The position numbers and the translations under genes are program-made. 64,000 nt of DNA from Terriglobia bacterium (GTDB lineage: Bacteria > Acidobacteriota > Polarisedimenticolia > Polarisedimenticolales > JAIQFR01): assembly GCA_963748015.1 (NCBI GenBank), contig CAVVHE010000009.1, forward strand, positions 384,001-448,000, written 5' to 3'. Below, piece after piece: positions 47,495 to 57,342 of the stretch (positions are counted from its first letter, which is position 1; each line of letters starts with the position of its first letter). Below the pieces are notes generated by a model that saw only the letters and a program-made list of their open reading frames with translations, ran no database searches and was not told the DNA's origin.

Positions 47495-49750
47495 ATGACG
47501 CACCGCCTTGTTCCCCGGCTCCTCCTCGCGGCTGCCTTCCTCGCGGCGGGCGCGCCCGCGCTCTCCGAGGAGACCCACCTGGTCTCCGACGCCGCGCTCC
47601 GCGCGCGGATCGAGAAGCAGCTCGCGAGGCAGCGGACGCTCGCGGCGCGGCGGGACAAGGTCCTGTTCGGCGTCCTGCGCCGGCCGCTCGCGACGGAGGA
47701 GCGCGAGGCGCTCGAGTACCTCTTCGCGTTCATGCCCCTGTCGGACCTCGCGGACTACGACGGCGAGTACTACCTCAAGGTCGTTCGAGCGACGCTCGAG
47801 GCGCGGCGGGAGCTGCCGTGGGCGAAGCGGGTGCCGGAGGAGATCTTCCTCCGCTACGTCCTGCCGCACCGGGTCAACACCGAGAACCTCGACGACGCGA
47901 GGCCGCTGCTTCTCGCGGAGCTCTCGGACCGCGTCAAGGGACTCGCGCTCGAGGACGCGGTCCTCGAGGTGAACCACTGGTGCCACGAGAGGGTGAACTA
48001 CAAGGGCAGCGACACGCGCACCTCGGGGCCGCTGGCCACGCTCCGTACGTCGTGGGGGCGCTGCGGCGAGGAGAGCACACTGGTCGTCGCCGCGCTGCGA
48101 GCCGTCTCCATCCCCGCGCGGCAGGTCTACGCGCCGCGCTGGGCCCACGTGGACGACAACCACGCGTGGGTCGAGGCGTGGGTGGACGGCAGGTGGCGCT
48201 ATCTCGGCGCGTGCGAGCCCGAGCCCTCGCTCGACATGGCCTGGTTCCGCGAGCCGGCTCGGCGCGCGATGCTGGTGCACACGAAGGCGATGGGAGGCGG
48301 CGCGCGTCCCGAGGAGAAGATCCGCTCGACGCCGTGGTTCGACGAGATCAACGTGCTCTCCGCCTACGCCCCCGCCGTGACCCGCACGGTCCGGGTGGTG
48401 GACGGCGAGGGGAAGCCGGTCGAGGGCGCCACCGTGGAGTTCGGCCTCTACAACTACGCCGAGTTCTACCCGCTCGCGGCGAAGCTCACCGGCGCGGACG
48501 GGAAGGCGGCGCTGGCGACCGGAAAGGGAGATCTCAGGATCTGGGCGGTCAAGGGAAGCGCGGCCGGGTACCGCAAGCTCACGGCATCCGAGAGAGAGGC
48601 GTCGGTGACGCTCCGTCCCTTCGACGCGGCCGAGCGCGTGGAGGACCTCGACCTGTCGCCCCCCGCGCAGCCGCCCCCCGATCCGGTGCCGGTGAGCGCC
48701 GAGGCGCGCGAGTGGAACGACCGCCGCCTCGCCCATGAGAACCGCCTGCGCGAAGACTACGTCGCGACCTTCGCGACCGAGGCGGGAAGCAGAGCACTCG
48801 CCAAGGACCTCGGACTCGATCCCCAGGCCCTCGGGCCCTTGCTTCGGAAGAGCCAGGGGAACTGGCGTCACCTCGAGGGGTTCCTTCGCGGCGTTCCCGA
48901 GAAGCAGCGAGCGTGGGGCCTGCTGCTCCTGGGCACGCTGAGCGAGAAGGACCTGCGGGACACGCCGGCGGTCGTGCTGAGAGACCATCTCGACCACGCC
49001 CTCGCGCGAAAGCCCGCGAAGGAGGCGGCGGACAGGAGCCTTTTCGTGTCCTACGTGCTCGCGCCCCGCATCGCCGACGAGCTGCTGCGGCCGTGGCGCG
49101 GCTACCTGCAACACGCGTTCGACACGGCGTCGCTGTCGCAATTCCGGCGCGACCCGGCGAGCGCGGTGGCCTGGGTGCGGGAAAACATCCGGATCGACGA
49201 GGGCGCCAACTACTACGGCGTGCCGGTGAGCCCGAGAGGGGTCCACGAGCTGCGTGTCGCCGACCGCCCGAGCCGCGACATCTTCCTCGTCGCCCTCTGC
49301 CGGGCGGCGGGAGCTCCCGCGCGGCTCGAGCCCGCGACAAGGCGCCCGCAGATTTTTCGCGGCGACGGATGGAAGACGGTCACCTGGGACGGCAAGCCTC
49401 CGGCGGTTCTCCCCGCCGGCCTCCTCTCGCTCGCCGGAAAGCCGGCGGTCCCTCCCGAGTACCCCGTGCACTTCGCCCTCGCGCGCTTCGACGGGGGGCG
49501 CTACGAGACGCTGGATTTCGAGGGAAAGCCGTGGAGCTTCTTCGAGACGCCTCTCGGGCTGCCCGCCGGTGATTACGTCTTGACCACGGGGTTCCGAAGC
49601 AAGGACGGGAGCGTCCTGGTCCGCCAGCGCTTCTTCCCGCTCGCGGCCGGGGAGGCCCGCACGGTGCCCTTCGAAATTCGCAGGCCCGTCGAGGAAAAGG
49701 CCCAGCCGGAATCGGCGCGAGAGCCCGAGCGCCCGAGGGAGCCTCGATGA
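47495..49750 (+). CDS. Secreted transglutaminase-like protein (peptide:N-glycanase-like core)
   Basis: Signal peptide, YVLP.RVN.E, GRCGEES, PARQVY..RW.H.DDNHAWVE.W, second degenerate transglutaminase-like repeat. Confidence 0.85.
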   Translation: MTHRLVPRLLLAAAFLAAGAPALSEETHLVSDAALRARIEKQLARQRTLAARRDKVLFGVLRRPLATEEREALEYLFAFMPLSDLADYDGEYYLKVVRATLEARRELPWAKRVPEEIFLRYVLPHRVNTENLDDARPLLLAELSDRVKGLALEDAVLEVNHWCHERVNYKGSDTRTSGPLATLRTSWGRCGEESTLVVAALRAVSIPARQVYAPRWAHVDDNHAWVEAWVDGRWRYLGACEPEPSLDMAWFREPARRAMLVHTKAMGGGARPEEKIRSTPWFDEINVLSAYAPAVTRTVRVVDGEGKPVEGATVEFGLYNYAEFYPLAAKLTGADGKAALATGKGDLRIWAVKGSAAGYRKLTASEREASVTLRPFDAAERVEDLDLSPPAQPPPDPVPVSAEAREWNDRRLAHENRLREDYVATFATEAGSRALAKDLGLDPQALGPLLRKSQGNWRHLEGFLRGVPEKQRAWGLLLLGTLSEKDLRDTPAVVLRDHLDHALARKPAKEAADRSLFVSYVLAPRIADELLRPWRGYLQHAFDTASLSQFRRDPASAVAWVRENIRIDEGANYYGVPVSPRGVHELRVADRPSRDIFLVALCRAAGAPARLEPATRRPQIFRGDGWKTVTWDGKPPAVLPAGLLSLAGKPAVPPEYPVHFALARFDGGRYETLDFEGKPWSFFETPLGLPAGDYVLTTGFRSKDGSVLVRQRFFPLAAGEARTVPFEIRRPVEEKAQPESAREPERPREPR

Positions 49751-52700
49751 CGCGGCGCGCGGCAGCCGCCGCGGCGTTCCTCCTGCTCTCCGTCGTCGCG
49801 GCGCTCCCGGTCTCCTATGCCGCCGCCGTTGCCGGCCCCGATTCGCCGTGGCTCGCGGGCTACCGCCGCTCGCTCCACGGCGAGGTCCTCGGCTACCAGT
49901 CGCCGTACCCGGGGCCGACGCCGGCGCTCCTCGTGAGGACCACCGACGGGAAGATGTCGGCCTCGTGGGAGACCGACGCGGTGCCGGCCGGCTTCGACGG
50001 CGACGGCGCGACGTTCGCGTTCATGGTGGGACTCGCGTCGGGATACGGCGCCCACCGGTTCGATCTCAGCGTGAACGGCGAGCCCTGCTGCTCGTTCCGC
50101 TCCTCGCGCGACACCGGGGAGCGAGAGTGGACGGTCGCCGGGGCGCGCGGCGAGGCGCTGTCGTTCCGTACCACCCTCGTCGGCCACTTCAACGAGATGT
50201 TCGGCTTCATGTTCCTGAAGCTCCCCAGGGCGCTCTTGGCACCGGGGGCGCCGGTGCGCCTCGAGGTCACGGGGGAGGCCGCGGGGAGCCAGGACTACTT
50301 CATGGCGTTCGAGAAGCCGGCCGAGGCGTGGATCGAGACCCGCGCCGAGGAGGCCCTGGTCCGCACGGCGTCGGGGCCCGCGCAGCTCGTCCGCGTGGAC
50401 GTGAGCCACATCGCGCCGCCGGCCGACGTCGGGATCGAAGCGCCGGGGGCCGCTCCGCTACGCGGCCGGCTCGAGACGGGGTTCAACTCGTTCCACCTCG
50501 CGGTCCCCGCCGTGGACGGCGCGCGCTCTCTCGATCTCCGCGTGACGGTCGCCGGGCGACTGGCGAAGGTCGAATCGCTCCGCCTGCGCCCGGTGCGCCG
50601 GCGCGAGATCTGGCTGCTGCCGCACTCGCACGTGGACATCGGCTACTCCGACCCGCAGCCCGAGGTGGAGCGAAAGCAGGTCGCGAACCTCCGCGGAGTC
50701 CTCGACCTGATCCGCAAGACCGCGGCGTACCCGCCCGGCGCGCGCTTCCGCTGGACGAGCGAGGTGGCCTGGCCGGTCGAGCGCTTCCTCGCCGTCGCGA
50801 CGGAGGACGAGAAGCGGCAGCTCGCGGGGGCGCTGCGGGCCGGCTCGATCGAGATCGGAGCGTTCTACGCGAACGAGCTGACCGGGCTGTGCTCCCCCGA
50901 GGAGCTCGACCGGCTCACCGAGTTCGCGCGGCGGGCCGGACGCGACGCGGGGGCGCCCGTTCGGACCGCGATGATCACCGACATCCCGGGCGCCGCGTGG
51001 ACCGTCGTCCCCTCGCTCGCGAAGGCCGGCGTCCGCTACTTCTCGAGCGCGCCGAACTACATGCCGTTCCTTCCCGACCGCGGTGACCGGGTGGGAAACG
51101 TGCTCCGCGCGTGGGGGGACAAGCCGTTCTGGTGGGTCTCGCCGTCGGGGGGGGAGCGGGTGCTGTTCTGGATGGCCGGCCGCGGCTACTCGTGGTTCCA
51201 CGGGATGAACGCCGGGAAGTTCGGCCCGGAGATCCGCCGGCCTCTCCTCGATTACGCGAGCGACCTGGCGGACGCCGGCTACCCCTACGACCTCGTGCAG
51301 CTCCACTACACGATCGGCGGCGACAACGGCCCGCCCGACCCCGATCTGCCCGATCTCGTGAGGGGATGGAACGAGGAGTTCGAATCGCCCAGGATCGTGA
51401 TCGCGACGGCGGCCTCGGCGTTCGAGGAGCTCGAGCGGCGCCACGGCGACAAGCTGCCGTCGTTCGCCGGCGATCTCTCCCCGTACTGGGAGGACGGCGC
51501 GGCCTCGACGGCGCGCGAGACCGCCCTCAACCGGAACAGCTCGCGCCGTCTCGTCGAGGCCGAGACGCTGTGGGCGATGCTGGCGCCAGGGCGGTTCCCG
51601 GCCGAGTCGTTCCGCGACGCGTGGCGCGAGGTGCTGCTCTTCCACGAGCACACGTGGGGCGCCTGGAACAGCGTGTCGGACCCCGGCCGGCCCGAGGTCG
51701 TGGCCCAGTGGGAGTGGAAGAGAGCGCGGGCGGTCGAGGCCGACCGCCGGTCGCGCGACCTGGTGCCCATGGCGCTCCCGCTGCGCGCCTCCGCTCCGGC
51801 CGGCGGCGGAGGAGCGGTGGACGTGATCAACACCCTATCGTGGCCGCGCGGCGGCGTCGTACTCGTGCCTCGCGAGACGAGCGCCGCGGGCGACCGCGTG
51901 ACGGACGAGAGCGGACGCAAGCTCCCCTCGCAGCGACTCGCCTCGGGAGAGCTGGCGGTGCTCGTCGGCGAGGTGCCGGCGCTCGGCGCCGTGCGGCTCG
52001 TCGTGAGGGCAGGGGAGGCCCGCCGCTCCGGCCGGGCGCGCGCGGAGGGACGGGCGCTCGACAACGGCAGGATCCGCGCCGAGGTGGATCCTCGAACCGG
52101 AGCGATCTCGAGCCTCGTCCGGCGCGGCGAGCCGGGGAGCGACCTCGCGGGGGAGGGAGGCCTCGACGGCTACGTCTACGTGCCCGGCCGGGACCCGGCG
52201 CAGGCGCGCGCGAGCGGCGCGGCGAGCGTGACGATCGTGGACGCCGGGCCGCTGGTCGCCACGTTGCGGGTCGAGTCGGAGGCGCCGGGGGCGAAGCGTC
52301 TCGTTCGCGAGCTCCGCCTCGCCGAAGGCTCGGACACCCTCGAGGTGACCAACACGCTCGACAAGACGCCGGTCCGCGACAAGGAAAGCGTGCACTTCGC
52401 GTTCCCGTTCCGCGTGCCAGGCGGCGTCGCGCGCTTCGACCTCGGCGAGGCCGTCGTGCGCCCCGAAACGGACCAGCTCGCGGGCGCCTGCCGCGACTTT
52501 CTCGCCGCGCACTCGTCGGTGGATGTCTCGAACGCCGGCGGCGGCGTCACGCTGACCACCCTCGACGCCCCGCTCCTCGAGATCGGCGCGCTCACCGACG
52601 AGACGCTAGGGGAAAAGGACGTACGCACCTGGCGGACCGCGGCGGCGCCCGGCACGGCCGTCTACTCGTACGCGATGAACAACTACTGGCACACCAACTA

Positions 52701-53097
52701 CAAGGCCGACCAGGAAGGGGAAACGGTGCTCCGCTACGCCCTTCGGGCTCACGGCCCCGCCTCGCCCGGCGCCGCCGCGCGAGCGGGCCTCGAGGCGGCC
52801 CGCCCCCTCCTCGCCACTTCCGCCGGCAGCGCCGGGCCTCCTCCGCCGCTTTTCGAGCTCGACAGCGCCGAGGTGATCGTCCGCTCGCTCCGTCCCACCG
52901 ACGACGGCCAGGCGATCGTCGCGCGCCTCTACAACCCGTCGGGCGCCTCCCAGCGCGTGCGTCTCCTCCGCGGCGGCAGCGCGCCGGCCGACGCCTCGCT
53001 CGCCGATGCCGGCGGCGCGCCCACGCGCAAGATCGAGTGGCCGCTCGACCTCCCGCCCTTCGCGACGGTCCTTGTCAGGATATCGATGAACCCCTGA
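49747..53097 (+). CDS. Secreted GH38-like alpha-mannosidase
   Basis: HSHVDIGY Zn motif, MITDIPG, DN..PD, YWEDG, HEHTWG, MNNYWHTNY, RLYNP; ATGA overlap. Confidence 0.85.
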   Translation: MTRRAAAAAAFLLLSVVAALPVSYAAAVAGPDSPWLAGYRRSLHGEVLGYQSPYPGPTPALLVRTTDGKMSASWETDAVPAGFDGDGATFAFMVGLASGYGAHRFDLSVNGEPCCSFRSSRDTGEREWTVAGARGEALSFRTTLVGHFNEMFGFMFLKLPRALLAPGAPVRLEVTGEAAGSQDYFMAFEKPAEAWIETRAEEALVRTASGPAQLVRVDVSHIAPPADVGIEAPGAAPLRGRLETGFNSFHLAVPAVDGARSLDLRVTVAGRLAKVESLRLRPVRRREIWLLPHSHVDIGYSDPQPEVERKQVANLRGVLDLIRKTAAYPPGARFRWTSEVAWPVERFLAVATEDEKRQLAGALRAGSIEIGAFYANELTGLCSPEELDRLTEFARRAGRDAGAPVRTAMITDIPGAAWTVVPSLAKAGVRYFSSAPNYMPFLPDRGDRVGNVLRAWGDKPFWWVSPSGGERVLFWMAGRGYSWFHGMNAGKFGPEIRRPLLDYASDLADAGYPYDLVQLHYTIGGDNGPPDPDLPDLVRGWNEEFESPRIVIATAASAFEELERRHGDKLPSFAGDLSPYWEDGAASTARETALNRNSSRRLVEAETLWAMLAPGRFPAESFRDAWREVLLFHEHTWGAWNSVSDPGRPEVVAQWEWKRARAVEADRRSRDLVPMALPLRASAPAGGGGAVDVINTLSWPRGGVVLVPRETSAAGDRVTDESGRKLPSQRLASGELAVLVGEVPALGAVRLVVRAGEARRSGRARAEGRALDNGRIRAEVDPRTGAISSLVRRGEPGSDLAGEGGLDGYVYVPGRDPAQARASGAASVTIVDAGPLVATLRVESEAPGAKRLVRELRLAEGSDTLEVTNTLDKTPVRDKESVHFAFPFRVPGGVARFDLGEAVVRPETDQLAGACRDFLAAHSSVDVSNAGGGVTLTTLDAPLLEIGALTDETLGEKDVRTWRTAAAPGTAVYSYAMNNYWHTNYKADQEGETVLRYALRAHGPASPGAAARAGLEAARPLLATSAGSAGPPPPLFELDSAEVIVRSLRPTDDGQAIVARLYNPSGASQRVRLLRGGSAPADASLADAGGAPTRKIEWPLDLPPFATVLVRISMNP

Positions 53098-53155
53098 CAT
53101 TGCCCCACCCAGCCCGTCGATCGCTCGTCCTCGTCCTCGCGGGTGGTGCCGCGGG

Positions 53156-54049
53156 TCAGCGAAGGGTGACGAGCACGGCGCCCCCGATGGCCATGACGAC
53201 GGCGAGGATGCGGCGCCGGGTCATCGGCTCCCCGAGGAAGATCGCGGCCAGCACGATGATGAAGATCGTCGAGAGCTGGTTGAGAACGGCGGCGACCGAG
53301 GCGAGGGTGAACTTGAAGCCGCCGAGCCAGGCGGTCATGCTCACGTAGGTGCCGAGCACCGAGCCGGGGATCGCGACGGCCCAGACGCGGCCGGGCCGGA
53401 ACATCGCGAGGGCGTCGTTGCGCCACCGCGCGAAGAGGAGCAGCGGCAAGAGGCCGACGAAGCCGAAGAACATCCGGACGCCGGCGGCCCAGAGCACCGG
53501 GACGCCGCCGAGGACGTTCTTCACCATGATGATCCCGCCGGCCATGCAGACGATCGCGACGGCGCCGATCGCGGCCCCCTCGACGACGTCGCGCCGCGTC
53601 CTTCCGGGCGCGGGGCGCTCCGCGGTGCCGACGAGGATCGCGCCCACGACGAGGCACGCGCCGGCGAGCACCTGCAACCCGACCCGCTCGCCGAGGAAGA
53701 GGACCGACAGCGCGATCACGGCGGGGGAGTAAAGCGTGTCCACGATCGCCACGAGCCCCGCGCCGAGCTTCTCGAGCGCGAGGAAGAACAGCGTGTCGGC
53801 GAGGGAGATGCCGAGCCACGCCGAGCCGGCGAGGAGGAGCCAGTCGCTGCGCGGGCGGTCCGGGAGCAGCGGCGTGCCGGCGACGAGGAGCGTGACGAGG
53901 AGCAGCACCACGGTCACGGCGTTCTTGAACAGGTTGAGCGCGACGGCGGGGATCCTGTCCCCCGTCTTGCGGAAGAGGATCACGCCGATCGCCCAGGCCA
54001 GCGCGGCGGTCAGGGACAGGATCTCGCCCAGGAACGGGATACTCGGCAT
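53156..54049 (-). CDS. DMT/EamA-family transporter
   Basis: About 10 TM helices in two repeats ending FLGE. Confidence 0.9.
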   Translation of the reverse strand: MPSIPFLGEILSLTAALAWAIGVILFRKTGDRIPAVALNLFKNAVTVVLLLVTLLVAGTPLLPDRPRSDWLLLAGSAWLGISLADTLFFLALEKLGAGLVAIVDTLYSPAVIALSVLFLGERVGLQVLAGACLVVGAILVGTAERPAPGRTRRDVVEGAAIGAVAIVCMAGGIIMVKNVLGGVPVLWAAGVRMFFGFVGLLPLLLFARWRNDALAMFRPGRVWAVAIPGSVLGTYVSMTAWLGGFKFTLASVAAVLNQLSTIFIIVLAAIFLGEPMTRRRILAVVMAIGGAVLVTLR

Positions 54050-54101
54050 TGCGCGACAGGAGTAGCACAGCGCCCGGGCACTGTCCCCGGCGGAAGGAGT
54101 C

Positions 54102-55292
54102 CTACCGAAGGCGCCGGAACAGCCAGCGACCGATCGGTCCCGCCTGGGGAAGAGCCTCGATCAGGCGCGCGATCTCGTCGGCGCGGGCCTCCTCCGTCGC
54201 GAGGTCGCGGAGCGGCAGGCCGGCGCGCGCCGCCAGCCAGCGCCCGACGCGGCGCGGCGTGGACGGGTCGTGGAGGCTGCTCGCGATCCGGCGGCGCGAG
54301 CCGGGCGAGGAGGCGCCGTCCGCGGCGGGAGGTTCGGCCAGGGCCGCCAGCTCGAAGCGGGCGTCGCCGTCGCTGTCGTCGACGCGGGTCAGCTCGAGGG
54401 CCGTCGCGACGAACTCGTCGGTCACGCGCGAGCCGAATCGCCGGCGCAGCGTGAGCCGCCCCGTTTCGACGCGCCACTCGACGCGCCCCCAGGTCAGCCG
54501 CGCCGCGCCCCACAGCGAGAAGAGGGCCGCGGCCGTCGCCATGGCCGCGACGGCGCCCCACCGCGGCCACTCGATGGCCCGCGCCAGCAGGGCCGCCGCC
54601 CCGGCCGAGAGCGAGAGCGCGACGCACCACACGGCGACGGCCTTCCTGCGCCGCACCGCGCGCCTCGGCGTCAGGATGTTCGCCCCCTCGGGGTCGAGGA
54701 ACTCCTCCCACTCGCGCGGGAGGCTCTCGCTCGAGGCGCCCGGCGCCTCTTCGTGGTCCAGCGACAGCTCGCGCCCGAGCCCCTCTTCGAGCTCGGCCCG
54801 CTCCTCCGGGCTCCCCATCCGCGTGATCTCGAACGGGCCCGCGATCGTCTCCGCCACGACGGGGCCCGTGGCGGAGAGGCGGTAGATCCGCTTCAGCTTC
54901 TCGCGCGGCAGGCGCCTCGTGATGGAGAGCGGACCGATCCGGCGGACGAGCGTGAGACCGTCCGGCCCGGCGGTCACGCGGTCCTCGGACCAGACCAGCC
55001 GCAGCAGGGCATGGACGGCCGCGAGCCCGCCGAGGGTCCAGAGCGCGAGCCAGAAGCAGAGAAATGCGCCGGCGGCCAGGGTGGGTGCCGGGACGAGCGC
55101 CGCGGATTCGCTCCCCGGCGGCTGTCCCTCGAGCAGCGCGCGCGCCCCGAGAGCGAGGATGCGGATCGCGAACAGTTCGCCGGCCGCCCACCCGCACAGC
55201 CAGAAAAGGAGGAACCCGGCCGGCAGGAACCGGCCGGCGCCGCGCGGCCTGAGCCGGGCGGTCCATCCCTCGGGCGTGCGCTCTCCGATCAC
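54102..55292 (-). CDS. Hypothetical membrane protein
   Basis: FL.FWLCGW..GE and WLALWTLGG TM segments, PH-like soluble parts. Confidence 0.65.
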   Translation of the reverse strand: MIGERTPEGWTARLRPRGAGRFLPAGFLLFWLCGWAAGELFAIRILALGARALLEGQPPGSESAALVPAPTLAAGAFLCFWLALWTLGGLAAVHALLRLVWSEDRVTAGPDGLTLVRRIGPLSITRRLPREKLKRIYRLSATGPVVAETIAGPFEITRMGSPEERAELEEGLGRELSLDHEEAPGASSESLPREWEEFLDPEGANILTPRRAVRRRKAVAVWCVALSLSAGAAALLARAIEWPRWGAVAAMATAAALFSLWGAARLTWGRVEWRVETGRLTLRRRFGSRVTDEFVATALELTRVDDSDGDARFELAALAEPPAADGASSPGSRRRIASSLHDPSTPRRVGRWLAARAGLPLRDLATEEARADEIARLIEALPQAGPIGRWLFRRLR

Positions 55293-55385
55293 GCGACGTA
55301 CTCCCGGGCACTCCGATGCCCAGATGGAAAACGTCGTGTCCCCGAGCGGTTACGTCAAGCCCCGGGAGGGAATTTCCGGGCGCCG

Positions 55386-56090
55386 TCAGGCCCCGTGGGC
55401 GTGGCTCGCGGCGTGGGCCACCGCCTTGCGCACGGCGGCCTCCACCGCGGCGTGGATCGCTGCCACCGCGGCGCGATCGTCTCCTCCGATCGCCTCCCCT
55501 CTGGCGATCCGCTTGAGGCGGGCCCGGCGCCGCCACATCTCCTTCCAGCCGAAGTAGATCCCCAGCATCTTCGCGGCGTGCGCCAGCGCGACCACGAGGG
55601 CGGTCCGCGGGTCGAGGCCGTCCCCGTCGCCGAGAACCGCCTCGCGTATCCGCTCGAGGAGAAGCCGCTCGGGAGCGGGATCGGTGGTCGGGTAAGCCTT
55701 CCTGGAGAAGATCAGCAGGATCTGCTCCTCGGAGTCCTTCAGGATTCCCCGCCGGCAGAGCTCCTCGGCGACCCGGTGTCTCAACCTGCGGATGCCCCCG
55801 AAACGGGTCACCCACGCGGCCGCGCTCTTGCGTCGCGTCGCGCCGGCAACCGCCGCGCGGCACTCTTCGAGGACCGGGTCCGCGAGCGTCGCGGCCGCGA
55901 GGGGCTCCACCAGGTTGTTCTTCTCCTCGCCGATCCGGACGTGCCCGCCGAGCGCCAGCTCCGCGAGGATGGCTCCTCCGATCGCGAACTTGTGCATGCC
56001 CGCGCGGAACTCGGGAGTGCCTTTCTCGTCGCGAAGCGCCAGCAGGACGATCTGTTCGGGAAGCGAGAGGTCTTGGGCGCTCGAGGTCAT
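55386..56090 (-). CDS. GOLPH3/VPS74 (GPP34) family protein
   Basis: LSLPE..LLAL.DE.G, GAILAELAL.G, L..RGIL....ILLIF...YP, D.RT..LV.L. Confidence 0.85.
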   Translation of the reverse strand: MTSSAQDLSLPEQIVLLALRDEKGTPEFRAGMHKFAIGGAILAELALGGHVRIGEEKNNLVEPLAAATLADPVLEECRAAVAGATRRKSAAAWVTRFGGIRRLRHRVAEELCRRGILKDSEEQILLIFSRKAYPTTDPAPERLLLERIREAVLGDGDGLDPRTALVVALAHAAKMLGIYFGWKEMWRRRARLKRIARGEAIGGDDRAAVAAIHAAVEAAVRKAVAHAASHAHGA

Positions 56091-56293
56091 GGCTCGGTCT
56101 CCGGGTCTTGGCGATCCTCGGGGCCGGCGTCGCTCGGCGCTCTCGCCGGCCCCTTCTGTCGCTCGTCCACCGCCCTCCGGAGCAGGAACTCGATCTGCCC
56201 GTTCACGCTCCGGAACTCCCGCGCGGCCCAGCGATTCAGCTCCTCCCAGAGGGAGGGGCTGATCCGCAGCAGGAGCTTCTTCCTCTCCGACAT
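56087..56293 (-). CDS. Arc/ribbon-helix-helix DNA-binding protein
   Basis: RK.LLLRI....WA..EFRSVNGQIE.LL; ATGA overlap with the GPP34 gene. Confidence 0.88.
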   Translation of the reverse strand: MSERKKLLLRISPSLWEELNRWAAREFRSVNGQIEFLLRRAVDERQKGPARAPSDAGPEDRQDPETEP

Positions 56294-56303
56294 GGCGCCT
56301 CGC

Positions 56304-57185
56304 TCAGGGATAAAGCGTCCCCGCGTTCACGACGGGGGAGGCGGCATGTTCGCTGCACAGCACCACCAGCAGGTTGCTGACCATCGCGGCCTTCCGCTCC
56401 TCGTCGAGCTGGACCACTTTCCTCTCGGACAGCTTCGCCAGCGCCAGCTCCACCATGCTCACGGCGCCGTTCACGATCTGCGTCCGCGCGGCGACGACCG
56501 CGGTCGCCTGCTGCCGGCGGAGCATCGCCTCGGCGATCTCCGGCGCGTAGGCGAGGTGGCTCAGGCGCGCCTCGATGACCTTGATTCCCGCGCGGCCGAG
56601 CCGCTCGGCGAGCTCTTTCTCCAGCTTGTCGTTCACCTGCTCGGTGCCGGCGCGCAGGGTGAGGGTGTCTTGGTCGTGGTCCTCGAAGGTGTCGTACGGG
56701 TAGGCGCCCGCGAGGTGCCGCACCGCGGCCTCGCTCTGCACGATCACGTACGCCTCGTAGTTGTCCACGTCGAACAGCGCGCGGAACGTGTCCTCGACCT
56801 GCCAGACGACCACGACCGCGATCTCGATCGGGTTGCCCGTCTTGTCGTTCACCTTGAGCTTCTGCCCGTTCAGGTTGCGCGCTCGGAGCGTGATTCGCTT
56901 CTTCAGGTAGAACGGGTTCGCCCAGAAGAAGCCGTTGAATTTCACCGTGCCCTTGTAGGCGCCGAACAGGACGAGAACCTTCGCGTCGTTCGGGTTGACG
57001 ATGAACAGCCCGGCGAGAACCAGGATCCCGGCGAGGACGGAGACCACCAGCGGCAGGACCAGCATCGGGTTGCTCGTGCGGATCCCGAACACCACGCACG
57101 CGATCGCCGCGGCGATCAGCAGGATGCCCAGAAAGAGCATGGGGTAACCGGAAACGGCCGAACGGCTCCTCTCGTTGTCGTTCAT
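56304..57185 (-). CDS. SPFH/Band-7 domain protein
   Basis: Two TM helices, [63 protein letters not shown]. Confidence 0.93.
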   Translation of the reverse strand: MNDNERSRSAVSGYPMLFLGILLIAAAIACVVFGIRTSNPMLVLPLVVSVLAGILVLAGLFIVNPNDAKVLVLFGAYKGTVKFNGFFWANPFYLKKRITLRARNLNGQKLKVNDKTGNPIEIAVVVVWQVEDTFRALFDVDNYEAYVIVQSEAAVRHLAGAYPYDTFEDHDQDTLTLRAGTEQVNDKLEKELAERLGRAGIKVIEARLSHLAYAPEIAEAMLRRQQATAVVAARTQIVNGAVSMVELALAKLSERKVVQLDEERKAAMVSNLLVVLCSEHAASPVVNAGTLYP

Positions 57186-57206
57186 GGGTCCCTCCTTGAG
57201 GACGTC

Positions 57207-57245
57207 AGACATCATAGTGATATCATCGTGCTAGCAAGTTGTCAA
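57207..57245 (-). promoter_or_regulatory. Promoter with phased 8-bp operator boxes
   Basis: Minus-strand TTGACA at 57245-57240; boxes AGACATCA (57207), TGATATCA (57218) and TGCTAGCA (57229) at 11-bp spacing. Confidence 0.62.
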
Positions 57246-57342
57246 GCACTTTTTGAAAGGACCATGTAGGTTGTTGACAATAGTGGAGTTACTGGTCGGG
57301 CCTGGCGGTGCGCCTGGCCGGGTTCAGGACGGCCGGGACGAT

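Noticed and set aside
56087..56293. Toxin-antitoxin antitoxin
   Set aside because: No adjacent toxin; the context fits an SPFH-associated RHH regulator.
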